Source: an uncultured Pseudomonadota bacterium
GTDB taxonomy: Bacteria > Oederibacteriota > Muellerivitia > Muellerivitales > Muellerivitaceae
Assembly: GCA_963770835.1 (NCBI GenBank)
Contig: CAVYRH010000026.1
Span: 96,001-160,000, forward strand
Length of the DNA: 64,000 nt
Direction of reading: 5' to 3'
Below the pieces are notes generated by a model, which was not told the DNA's origin, did no database searches, and saw only the letters and a program-made list of their open reading frames with translations. The first letter of the stretch is position 1. Each line of letters opens with the position of its first letter. Position numbers and translations under genes: made by a program. Positions 8,583 to 17,619 of this stretch are shown in pieces.

Positions 8583-9770
8583 ATGCGAAGAATCCAAATC
8601 GTCGACATAATCCGGTCCATCAGCATCATCCTTGTTATGGGACAACATTTGTTCCTCGTGATGGGTCAACACTTGCTCCCATCGGGTAGATTCCCCGTCG
8701 ATAAAATCAGTTTTTCATTAACCCACTTTTCCATCAATTTTTCCAACGGCCGTTTCGGAGTTGCACTTTTTTTTGTCGTCTCAGGATATTTGATCACTGA
8801 AATCATTGTTGGCCGAAGATTTGAAAACTATAAAGTCAACTTTAAGGATTTTTACACGAAGCGGGTCGCCAGAATTTTCCCGCTTTTTTTTGTGATTATT
8901 TTCACCGGATGGCTGATGCTTCATTTTTTTAACATCCATACCCCGCTTTTCGAGGATTTTTTTAACCACCGGGATTACAAGTGTGATTCCAAATTTTGGT
9001 TTTCCTTGTTTTTGCTTCTTTTCAACTGGACCGTTTGCCTCAAGGGAGAAGGACTGGGCTGGTTTTGGACCGTTTTGTGGTCGTTGGCGGTTGAAGAACA
9101 GTTTTATTTGTCCTATCCGTGGGTTTTGAAGAAAATAAAAAAACTCAATAATTTGCTGCTTTTTCTTGGTGCCGTCATTTTGGGAGGTTTAATCTATCGG
9201 ATCGTCCTGACCTTATTGGGCTGGGGGGATTATGCTCACGCCGTCGTCACTTCCTTTGGATCCTTCGATCAAATCGCCATAGGTTCCTTGCTTTACTTCG
9301 TGTCGGAAAAATGGAAAGACGAGTTTGCGGGGAAAAAAAGCCAATGTGCAGTGCTTTGCGCGATCGGGTTGGCCGTCATGTTAACGGCTTACATTAATAT
9401 GACTTCCTCTTTCCCGACTTACCTAAATTACGGGGTCATTTTCGGCCCCTTTTTCATTTCGGCAGGATGTTTTTTGTTCCTATTGGGCGGGTTTCACTTG
9501 AGATTTTTTGAGTCGAGATATTTGCGATGGCTTACGATTCCGGGACAATTAAGTTATGGCTGTTATCTTTGGCATTTCTTGGTAATTTTTATGCTGTTTC
9601 CTTTTTTAAAAAATTTAGGCCCCTTTACGGCTTTCATGCTAATAGTCTTGGGGACGGTTCTATTCGCTTATGTGAGTTATGCCATCATTGAAAGGCCCGC
9701 GAATCATCTCATCCGGAAACGATTCGGCCTTGGAAAAGGAAAATCATTATCGATTCCTGGATTAGGTTAG
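8583..9770 (+). CDS. acyltransferase 3 (OafA-like) membrane O-acyltransferase; AT-rich
   Basis: DIIRSISI, GVALFFVVSGYLI, FYTKRVARIFP, WSLAVEEQFY, SYGCYLWH, SYAIIERP. ATG at 8583; alternative TTG at 8550. Confidence 0.88.
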   Translation: MRRIQIVDIIRSISIILVMGQHLFLVMGQHLLPSGRFPVDKISFSLTHFSINFSNGRFGVALFFVVSGYLITEIIVGRRFENYKVNFKDFYTKRVARIFPLFFVIIFTGWLMLHFFNIHTPLFEDFFNHRDYKCDSKFWFSLFLLLFNWTVCLKGEGLGWFWTVLWSLAVEEQFYLSYPWVLKKIKKLNNLLLFLGAVILGGLIYRIVLTLLGWGDYAHAVVTSFGSFDQIAIGSLLYFVSEKWKDEFAGKKSQCAVLCAIGLAVMLTAYINMTSSFPTYLNYGVIFGPFFISAGCFLFLLGGFHLRFFESRYLRWLTIPGQLSYGCYLWHFLVIFMLFPFLKNLGPFTAFMLIVLGTVLFAYVSYAIIERPANHLIRKRFGLGKGKSLSIPGLG

Positions 9771-9809
9771 ACTCGCTTCAATCCGCTTTGTTTTCATGAA
9801 GGATCAAAA

Positions 9810-11375
9810 TTGACCCATTCCTCCCAACAAAGCCGCTTTTGGGCCCTGGCCGTCCTGGGTTTGGCCGGCCTCTTGATCGTTTTGGAACGCTGTCACACCT
9901 ACTCCGAGCCCCTCGAAAGGGACATCACCACCTACGCGGTCATTGGCGAGGAACTCCTCAAGGGCCGGTCCCTTTACTCCGACCTTTGGGACCACAAGCC
10001 CCCTGCCATCCACCTGACCTTCGCCCTTGCCGAGGCCGTTGCGGGGGAGGGGCCCCTTTCCATCTATCTCTTAAACGTATTGGCGGCTTTGGCTACCTTG
10101 GCGGGGTTATACCGGGCCGGAAAAAGCCTGGGCGGTTTGGCTGGGGGCCTTTGGACGGCGCTGATTTGGGCGGCCGTTTCCGGGGACCTTTACCTGCAGG
10201 CCAACCAACCCAACGAGGAAGTTTTTCTCAATGCTTTTCAAACCTGGGTATTCGTGTTGTGGCTTTCGGCTTCCGTGAAAACTTTCGAACCTCGCCGGTG
10301 GGTCCTTATCGGCATCTTTTCCGCCATCGCTTCCATTTACAAACCCTTCGCGGTTTTGGAAATCCTGTTTCTTGGCGCGGTTTACCTGGTTCTCAACCCC
10401 AAATCTTCCCCAAGAAAAACCGCTTTGCGCCAAGTGGGAACCGCCTTTGCCTGCGTCCTAGCCGCTTGGGTAGTTCTCTTCGGCTGGTTTTCCCTCCAAG
10501 GAAGATGGAACGACTTCAAGAACGCAGTCTTTACCTACAACGTTTATTACAGCGGTTACCATGACGCCAGTTTCCTGGAGATAGTGCAAAACATCGGAGG
10601 CCAGGCGCTGAATTTCCAAACCCTTGCCTGGCTCTTCCTACTCTTCGCGCTGGGGTGCCTGGGGGCTTTGCTTGGAAAAAGTAAAAAAGAGGAGCGGGAG
10701 CCCCGGCTTTTTTGGGGCGCCTTTTTGGTGGCGGCCGAATTGGAAGTCCTTCTTCCCGGCTGGTTCTTCGCCCATTACGATCAGCTTCTGCTGCCGCCGC
10801 TCGTCTTGGGGGCGTCTTGGGGCATTACCTATTGGGGGGAGTTAATTAAAGATAAAAGATGGAAATGCCTGCCCGGCACCCTCTTGATGGCCTTCCTTAT
10901 TTTCCATGAGGCGCCTTTCTACCGGCTCACACCCGAGGAATGGGCGAATAAAAAATATTCGGACGGTCCGCTGTTCATTCAATCCTACCAACTGGGCCGC
11001 GAATTGGACGGGATACTCCAGCCAGGCGAAACCTTCTATGAATGGGGAAATGAATCCGAACTTTATTTCGCCGCCCGCCGTTCCCCGCCCAGCGGGGTTT
11101 TTTACAGCTACCCTCTCCTGAATAATCCCCTGGCTGGTGAGCTTTCCCAGCGGGTCGTGCGAGATTTGGAAAAGCAAAGGCCCGAGGTCATCGTCTTAGA
11201 CACGGCTTTTTACTTCAACGGTAGTTTTATCCAGCACCACCCCATCCTTCAATGGGTCCGGGGGGTCCAGGACCGCTACAAGCCCTTCCCCCAAAACCCC
11301 TACCGGAAGCCTTTCCTCCTGCTGATGCTCAAGGGGGGCAACCTGGAAAAACGGCTGGGGATGAAACAGACCTGA
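9810..11375 (+). CDS. ArnT/PMT-like (GT-C) membrane glycosyltransferase
   Basis: ERDITTYAVIG...LYSDLWDHKPP loop; multiple TM segments; periplasmic C-terminal domain. Confidence 0.72.
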   Translation: MTHSSQQSRFWALAVLGLAGLLIVLERCHTYSEPLERDITTYAVIGEELLKGRSLYSDLWDHKPPAIHLTFALAEAVAGEGPLSIYLLNVLAALATLAGLYRAGKSLGGLAGGLWTALIWAAVSGDLYLQANQPNEEVFLNAFQTWVFVLWLSASVKTFEPRRWVLIGIFSAIASIYKPFAVLEILFLGAVYLVLNPKSSPRKTALRQVGTAFACVLAAWVVLFGWFSLQGRWNDFKNAVFTYNVYYSGYHDASFLEIVQNIGGQALNFQTLAWLFLLFALGCLGALLGKSKKEEREPRLFWGAFLVAAELEVLLPGWFFAHYDQLLLPPLVLGASWGITYWGELIKDKRWKCLPGTLLMAFLIFHEAPFYRLTPEEWANKKYSDGPLFIQSYQLGRELDGILQPGETFYEWGNESELYFAARRSPPSGVFYSYPLLNNPLAGELSQRVVRDLEKQRPEVIVLDTAFYFNGSFIQHHPILQWVRGVQDRYKPFPQNPYRKPFLLLMLKGGNLEKRLGMKQT

Positions 11376-11377
11376 GG

Positions 11378-13507
11378 CTATTTCCCGCCCGCCGGGGACC
11401 GGCCCATCGCACCGAGGGCCCTCAAGTTTTCCGCGGCGGGGGTGAGGTTCACGGGACAGAGGAGGGCCGCCTCGAAAGCCTTCCGGGCGCCCGGGATATC
11501 CCCTTGAAAGGCCAGGAAAGCCCCCCATTCGTTATAAAAAAAGGCGGTGGGGTACCCTTGCTTCAGCCCTTCGCGCAGGGCCCGCAAGGCGGCGGGGTTA
11601 TGCCAGGAACGGTTCCGGTCGCCATAGGCGTTTTCCCAAACGTGGAACTTGAAGGCCCATTCCCAATAGAGGGATTCCAAGAAGGGGTCGCCCCGGAAAA
11701 GGGGCTTCATCCCCTCCAATTGAGCGAAGACTTCCCGGCGGTCCCCGTCTTCCGGCACGTTGGCCTCGGTCCAAACCGCATCCCGCAGGGCCGCGTCGGC
11801 TCGCCTCCAACTTTCCACGGGTTCCCTCCCGCCTTCCCCGGGGGGAAGGATTCCCAAAACCAGGTTTGAGCCCGGGGGTCCCGGATGGGCCGGGTCATAC
11901 AGATCAACCCATCGGCTCGCCACGAAGCGCCGTTCCAAAAAAGGCCGGTAATCGGCGTCCACCACGATCCCCATCCAATGCACCTGTTCCGGCGAAATCT
12001 TGGGATTGGCGGTGGCGTTGAAGACGTAGGTGGCCACCGAAAGATCCGGATTGGGTTCGTGGGGCCGCAGTTCAAAGAGGACGACTCCCGGTCCCTTTTC
12101 CCCGGCTTCCGCTTTCAAGTAAGGGAAGGCCTTTGCGGAGGGGGAGGCGGAAGAGGGGAAAGTCAAAAGAACATGGCGCAGGTCCAACAAAAGGACGATG
12201 GGAAGGGCCAGCCCCAAGGCCCACCAACGGCTCCGGGAAGGCAGGGAGAGCAACAGGCGGCCCGCCCCCATCACCGTCACCAGCAAAAGGACCGGAAGCA
12301 ACTGCATGTTCCGGAAAAGGTCGAAATTTTTCGTCAGCATCCCCGGAGTCAAGAGTACCAAAAAAATAACGGCCAAAAGACGGGTCCAGGCCTGGTGCCG
12401 GAAGCGCCAGCATTCCAAGGCCCCTAAAAAAAAACAGGCGCCTTCCAAGGGGTTGAGAACGCCGCCCCAAACCGGCCCGTAGGAATTTTGCAGGTCGCAG
12501 CCCCAGAAAAGCGAGGTGAGGTTGGAAGCGGAATCCGTCCATCGGCGAAGGAGGCTGTCCTGTCCGCCGAAGGTCCATAGCCGGCCCAAATGGGCGCTGT
12601 TCCGGAAATGAAGGGAGGCCCATCCGAACAGGAAGAGGAAGACCAGGACCGGAACCCCATAGGCGATGAGGGGGCCGGCCCAGGGCTTTTTTCCCCGGCT
12701 CAATCGAACGGCCACGATGAAGCTCACCACCAGGGCCAGCACCGGCCAGGAAGTGGAAACCCAAAAACCCAATCCCACGGCCAGGCCCAAAAGGAAAGGC
12801 ATCCTTCCGCCCCCTTGGGGTGGATTGGATTTTATCCAAAAGGCGAGGAGAGCCAGGACCAAGAATTCCCAAAAAACCAGTAAGGACATATAGCCGCAGA
12901 ATTTGCCGGCATAAAGGGGCCAAAAACTGAAGGCCATCAGAAGGACGAAGAGGAAGCCGAAGGAAGGGGAAAGGAGCCGGCGTACGAGGACCCAGGATAG
13001 CAAAAGGCTCCCCAAAGAAAAAAGCGCGGGGAAAAGCCAAAGGGAAGTGACGGACGGCGGGACCAGGTGGAAATAAGCCGCCATGATCCAGTTCAACAAG
13101 GCGGGGTATTGGGAATTGCTCAGAAAAAAAACCCAATGCCAATGGTTTAAGAGTTCCACCGAATAGTAAGCCACCCGGCTGTCGTCGAAGGTGGGCCAGT
13201 TGCCCGGCATCCAGACCATCCCCAGGCGCACCGCGCAGCCCAAGGCCAGGATCAGGAACCAGAGGAATCCTGGAGGGCGATGGAAAATTTCCGGGAAGGG
13301 AAGAGACTTTTCTTTTTTGTCCGTTCCAGGCATGGAATGGAGGGCCAGGACGAAAGGCAAGAGCACCCCCATCAGGAAAATCCATAATCGAAGGGCGAGG
13401 CCCATGGGCACCCAGGAAAGGACGGCGTTGACGCCTGTGAATACCAGAAAATAAACCCAGGCCTTGGCGGGATAGGATGGATTGAAGAAACCAGTCTTTG
13501 GGGTCAC
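11378..13507 (-). CDS. GT-C glycosyltransferase with TPR-like tail, paralog 2
   Basis: WPTFDD, GPVWGGVLNP, FNATANP, GDPFLESLYWE, GYPTAFFY. GTG at 13507 chosen by alignment to paralog 3 (GTGA overlap); the ORF track starts at 13540. Confidence 0.72.
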   Translation of the reverse strand: MTPKTGFFNPSYPAKAWVYFLVFTGVNAVLSWVPMGLALRLWIFLMGVLLPFVLALHSMPGTDKKEKSLPFPEIFHRPPGFLWFLILALGCAVRLGMVWMPGNWPTFDDSRVAYYSVELLNHWHWVFFLSNSQYPALLNWIMAAYFHLVPPSVTSLWLFPALFSLGSLLLSWVLVRRLLSPSFGFLFVLLMAFSFWPLYAGKFCGYMSLLVFWEFLVLALLAFWIKSNPPQGGGRMPFLLGLAVGLGFWVSTSWPVLALVVSFIVAVRLSRGKKPWAGPLIAYGVPVLVFLFLFGWASLHFRNSAHLGRLWTFGGQDSLLRRWTDSASNLTSLFWGCDLQNSYGPVWGGVLNPLEGACFFLGALECWRFRHQAWTRLLAVIFLVLLTPGMLTKNFDLFRNMQLLPVLLLVTVMGAGRLLLSLPSRSRWWALGLALPIVLLLDLRHVLLTFPSSASPSAKAFPYLKAEAGEKGPGVVLFELRPHEPNPDLSVATYVFNATANPKISPEQVHWMGIVVDADYRPFLERRFVASRWVDLYDPAHPGPPGSNLVLGILPPGEGGREPVESWRRADAALRDAVWTEANVPEDGDRREVFAQLEGMKPLFRGDPFLESLYWEWAFKFHVWENAYGDRNRSWHNPAALRALREGLKQGYPTAFFYNEWGAFLAFQGDIPGARKAFEAALLCPVNLTPAAENLRALGAMGRSPAGGK

Positions 13508-15684
13508 TGATGGGCGCCTTTTTTTAATTCCCCGGGACATTCCGGGAAGGGAAATTTTTTTTCCATGGCCTCCAGGGCCTTCAAGTTGTCCGCGGTGGGA
13601 GTGAGGTTCACGGGACAGCGGAGGGCCTTTTCAAAGGCTTCCCGGGCGCCCGGATAATCCCTTTCCAGGATTAAAAAGTTTCCGAGCTCGTTGTAGAAAA
13701 TCGCCGCCGGATATCCCAGCCTCAATTCATTCCGCACGGCTTGCAGGGCCGCCGGAAAATGGACGGCCGTGTCCCGGTCCCCGTAAGAGAGTTCCCACCC
13801 TTGAAAATTGAAGACCCATTCCCAATAGAGGGATTCCAATAAAGGGTCGCCCTTGAACAAGGGATAAACCCGCGACAATTCCTCGAAGACCCCCTTCCGG
13901 TCGCCATCCTCCGGCAGGTTGGCCGCCGCCCAAGTGATGTTCCGCAAGGCCCCGTCGGCCCGCCTCCAGTTTTCCAGCGCCGCCTGGTTTTCGGCCCCGA
14001 CCGGGATCACCCCCAAGGCCAGGTTGGCGTTTTGAAGGTCCGGGTTCACCCTGTCAAAAAGATCAAACCACTTCCCGCCGGCAAAGCGGCGCTCCAAATA
14101 GGGCTGAAAATCCACGTCCACGATCACCGCCAACCACTTCACCTTTTCCCCGGGGATTTGGGGGTTGACCGTCGCGTTGAACGCATAGGTGGCCATGGCC
14201 AGGGTCAGGTCCGATTCATGGGGCCGCAACTCGAACAACAAAGCGCCTGGCCCTTCCTGGCGGGCTTCCTCCCTTAAAAGGGGGAAGGCCTGGGCGGAAG
14301 CGAAGGAAGAGGGACGGTTGGCGCCCGGGGCCTTTGGCTGGTAAGTCAGCAGGGTTTGGCCGAGGTCGAGGAAAAAGACGCAGGGGAGGGCCAGGCCCAG
14401 GGCCCAGACCCGAGACCGCGGGGAAATAGACAGGAGCGCCCGTCCAGCGCCCAAGGCCGTCACCAGCAAAAGAAGGGGCAGGACCTGGGTGTTGCGGAAC
14501 AGGTCGAAGTTTTTGGTGGTCAAACCCGGCGCCAAGAGGAGAAGGAAGGCCGAAGCCAGCAGGACCGCCCAGGGTTTGCGCCGGAAGCGCCAGCATTCGA
14601 GAGCCCCGAGGAAAAAACAGGCGCCTTCCAAGGGGTTGAGGACGCCCCCGGCCACGGGCCCGTAGGCGTTTTGGAGGTCACAACCCCAGAAAAGCACGGT
14701 GAGGTTGGAGGCCGAATCCATCAGCTGGCGCGGGACGTCCATGGGCCTTCTAAAGGCCCAGAGCTGGCCGATATGCACCCCGTTGCGGAAGCGCAGGGAC
14801 AGCCAGCCGAACAACAGGGCGGAGACCAGGACTGGAACCAGGTAGACAACCAGGGACTCCCAAACCGCCTTTTTCCTTTGCCTCAGCAGGAGGGCCACCG
14901 TGGCGCTCAGCGCCAGGGCCGCCACCGGCCAGGAAATGGAAACCCAAAATCCCCCGGCCACGAAGAGGCCCAGGGCCAAAGGCACCACCCAAAGGCGGCG
15001 GGAGGGGCTGGAGGAGGCCCAAAAGGCCAGGGCCGCGAGGGTCAGGCATTCCCAGAAAACCAGGGAGGTCATGTACATGCAGAACCGCCCGGCGTAAAGC
15101 GGCCAAAAGTTGAAAGCCATGAGGAAAACCAGGAGGAAAGCGAAAGAGCGGGAAAAGAGGCGCCGGGCCGCAGCCCCCACGAGAAGAAGCGCCCCGATGG
15201 AATAAAGCGCCGGGTAAAGCCTCAGGGCGGTCAGGGATGGCGGGACGAGCTTGTAAAAGAAAGGCATGACCCAATTGAATAAAGGGGGATGCTGGGTGGG
15301 GCTGAAGAGGAAGACCCAACGCCACCGGTTCAAAAGTTCCACCGAGTAATAAGCGAAGCGGCCGTCGTCCCAGGTGGGCCAGTTGCCCGGAAGAAAGGCC
15401 AGCCCCAGGCGCACTGCCACCCCCAGAACCAGGATCCACCAGAGCCGGGAAGGAGCCTTGAGGAATTCCGCCCTGGGGAGGGGGACTTCCTTTTTACCGG
15501 CTTCTTCCATGGAAAGGGCGGCCAGGACGAGGGGCAAAAGAACCCCCATCAGGAAAACCCATAATCGAAGGGCGAGGCCCATGGGCGCCCAGGAAAGGAC
15601 GGCGTTGGCGCCTGTGAATAGCAGGAAATAAACCCAGGCTTTGGCGGGATAGGATCGGTCGAAGAAGCCGGTTTTGGAGATCAT
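13504..15684 (-). CDS. GT-C glycosyltransferase with TPR-like tail, paralog 3
   Basis: WPTWDD, FWPLYAGRF, GPVAGGVLNP, GDPLLESLYWE, GYPAAIFY. Confidence 0.72.
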   Translation of the reverse strand: MISKTGFFDRSYPAKAWVYFLLFTGANAVLSWAPMGLALRLWVFLMGVLLPLVLAALSMEEAGKKEVPLPRAEFLKAPSRLWWILVLGVAVRLGLAFLPGNWPTWDDGRFAYYSVELLNRWRWVFLFSPTQHPPLFNWVMPFFYKLVPPSLTALRLYPALYSIGALLLVGAAARRLFSRSFAFLLVFLMAFNFWPLYAGRFCMYMTSLVFWECLTLAALAFWASSSPSRRLWVVPLALGLFVAGGFWVSISWPVAALALSATVALLLRQRKKAVWESLVVYLVPVLVSALLFGWLSLRFRNGVHIGQLWAFRRPMDVPRQLMDSASNLTVLFWGCDLQNAYGPVAGGVLNPLEGACFFLGALECWRFRRKPWAVLLASAFLLLLAPGLTTKNFDLFRNTQVLPLLLLVTALGAGRALLSISPRSRVWALGLALPCVFFLDLGQTLLTYQPKAPGANRPSSFASAQAFPLLREEARQEGPGALLFELRPHESDLTLAMATYAFNATVNPQIPGEKVKWLAVIVDVDFQPYLERRFAGGKWFDLFDRVNPDLQNANLALGVIPVGAENQAALENWRRADGALRNITWAAANLPEDGDRKGVFEELSRVYPLFKGDPLLESLYWEWVFNFQGWELSYGDRDTAVHFPAALQAVRNELRLGYPAAIFYNELGNFLILERDYPGAREAFEKALRCPVNLTPTADNLKALEAMEKKFPFPECPGELKKGAHQ

Positions 15685-15957
15685 CGGTCAGGGGCCCTAA
15701 CCGGAGTATCCCGACTCGGACGGAAAACGGCAACAAAAATCATTTGAACCGACGTTTGGACGGGCTCCGGCCCGTGGAAATTCCGGTTCTTTTCCGAGGC
15801 AAAGTTTTCCAGGCCACGCCTCCAATGTTAGAATACACCGTCGTTCAGCTTGCGGGTCCCCGGGCTTTAACCCCTTGTTCCCCGCGTTCAAAATGTATCG
15901 GGCGAGGCCGCCATTTCCCCCACGACAAAGTCCAAGCTCTTTCCCGCAGGCCCCGCC

Positions 15958-17619
15958 TTGGCCGTGGGAGGACTGCTCCTTTTCCTCGCCCTGCAACTGT
16001 ATTTCTTCACCCCTTATTATGAACTGAACGACGACACCTTCAAAACCTTCTTCACCCAGGGCCTGGGGACGGAACTCGCGCCCAGCGAGTTCGCCGGCTA
16101 CTCCAACCCCCTTTGGGGCCTGCTGATAAAGTCCCTTTTCGCCCTTTTCCCCCACGTGCCCTGCTACGGCATCGCCCTTGTTACCATCCAGGCCCTGTCC
16201 TTCGGGGCCCTTTTATGGGCTTTTGGCCTCAGCCCCCACCCCGGCTTCAAGGCCCTCCTCTTCGCGGTTACCTTCCTGGGGGCGGGGGTTCATTTTTTCG
16301 CCCAAATCCAATTCACCGTAACCGCCCTGCTGGCCGTCCAATCCGCCCTTTTCCTCCTCCTCAGCCTTTGGCAAAACAAGCGTTTGGCCGGCTCGCCGGC
16401 GGCCCTGGGGCTTTCTGGATTCCTGCTTTTCGCGGGGTCCCTCATCCGGTTCGAGGCTTTCCTGCTGGCGATCCTCGCCTTCCTTCCCCTTTCGGCCCCC
16501 CTTTGGCCCGGAAAAAATAAAAATTTCCGTGAAACAGTTTCATCGCGGAAAGGTTATTTTTTGGCCCTGGGATTATTGGTCTTGGGCGCCGCCGCCTTCA
16601 GCCACTATTGGTACGCAAAAACCCCGGGCTGGAGCGACTTCAACCGGTTCGACCACGAGCGATTGGACCTCATGGATTACCGCATCGATCCCTACAACGC
16701 GGCCACCCAGCCCTATTTCGACCAGGCGGGATGGACCGAAAACGACTATCAGATGTTCAAGGACTGGTATTTCATGGACAAGGATATCTACGATCCGGAC
16801 AACATGCGCCGCCTGGCCGGGCATTTCCCGCGGGTGGGAGCGGAGGGCAAACCCTTCGCCTATCATTCCCTCCCGGAAACCCTCGCGTCCTTTTGGGGCC
16901 AAACCTTTTTGATGTACGTCTTCGCCTTCTTCCTCTGGGTCCCGTTGAAGCCCCTCCGCTTATTGGCCCTTCAATTCCTGTGGATCCTCGCCCTTTTCGC
17001 CTTTCTCGTTTATTTTTGGGGCGCGCGGGACAGGGTGACCCTTCCGCTGCTTTTTATGCTGGTGAACGCGGCCATTTACTTTTCCAATCCCGCCTTGGGG
17101 GAAAATCCGGGCTCCGGGGGGAGGTTCCGGAAGCTCCTCCTCAAGGCCGCCGCTATCTTCCTGGCGGTTTTGTTCCTGCTGGGGATGAATCTTTACTACT
17201 ACTCCTACCTGGGGAACCGGGACTTGCGGATCAGGGAAAAGGCCCTGGAAACCTGCCTCGCGGAATGGAAGCCCCGGGAGGACCATCTTTACGTGGTCTG
17301 GGACTCCAGCTTCCCCTACGAAGACCTCAACGTCTTCGACAACTTCGACGCCTTCCGGAAGCTCCATATCTTCCCGCTGGCCGTCTACCAGCGCAGCCCC
17401 AACGCCCAAAAAATGCTGGACCGCTTCGGGATCAAGAACCTCCTGCGGGACCTGGTGGACAATCCAAACGTTTCGCTGATCTGCTGGCCCCAGGAAGGCG
17501 CCCTTTACCACCAGTACATGCTGGAAAAATACCGGATGGAAATCACCGCTGAAAAAACCTATGACTGCCCTTTCTTCAAGGTGTACCGGATCCATTCAAA
17601 ACCTTCCCCGAAGGGCTGA
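15958..17619 (+). CDS. polytopic membrane protein, possibly GT-C-like
   Basis: Multiple TM segments; YELNDD acidic motif after TM1; large periplasmic loop. Start uncertain. Confidence 0.6.
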   Translation: MAVGGLLLFLALQLYFFTPYYELNDDTFKTFFTQGLGTELAPSEFAGYSNPLWGLLIKSLFALFPHVPCYGIALVTIQALSFGALLWAFGLSPHPGFKALLFAVTFLGAGVHFFAQIQFTVTALLAVQSALFLLLSLWQNKRLAGSPAALGLSGFLLFAGSLIRFEAFLLAILAFLPLSAPLWPGKNKNFRETVSSRKGYFLALGLLVLGAAAFSHYWYAKTPGWSDFNRFDHERLDLMDYRIDPYNAATQPYFDQAGWTENDYQMFKDWYFMDKDIYDPDNMRRLAGHFPRVGAEGKPFAYHSLPETLASFWGQTFLMYVFAFFLWVPLKPLRLLALQFLWILALFAFLVYFWGARDRVTLPLLFMLVNAAIYFSNPALGENPGSGGRFRKLLLKAAAIFLAVLFLLGMNLYYYSYLGNRDLRIREKALETCLAEWKPREDHLYVVWDSSFPYEDLNVFDNFDAFRKLHIFPLAVYQRSPNAQKMLDRFGIKNLLRDLVDNPNVSLICWPQEGALYHQYMLEKYRMEITAEKTYDCPFFKVYRIHSKPSPKG

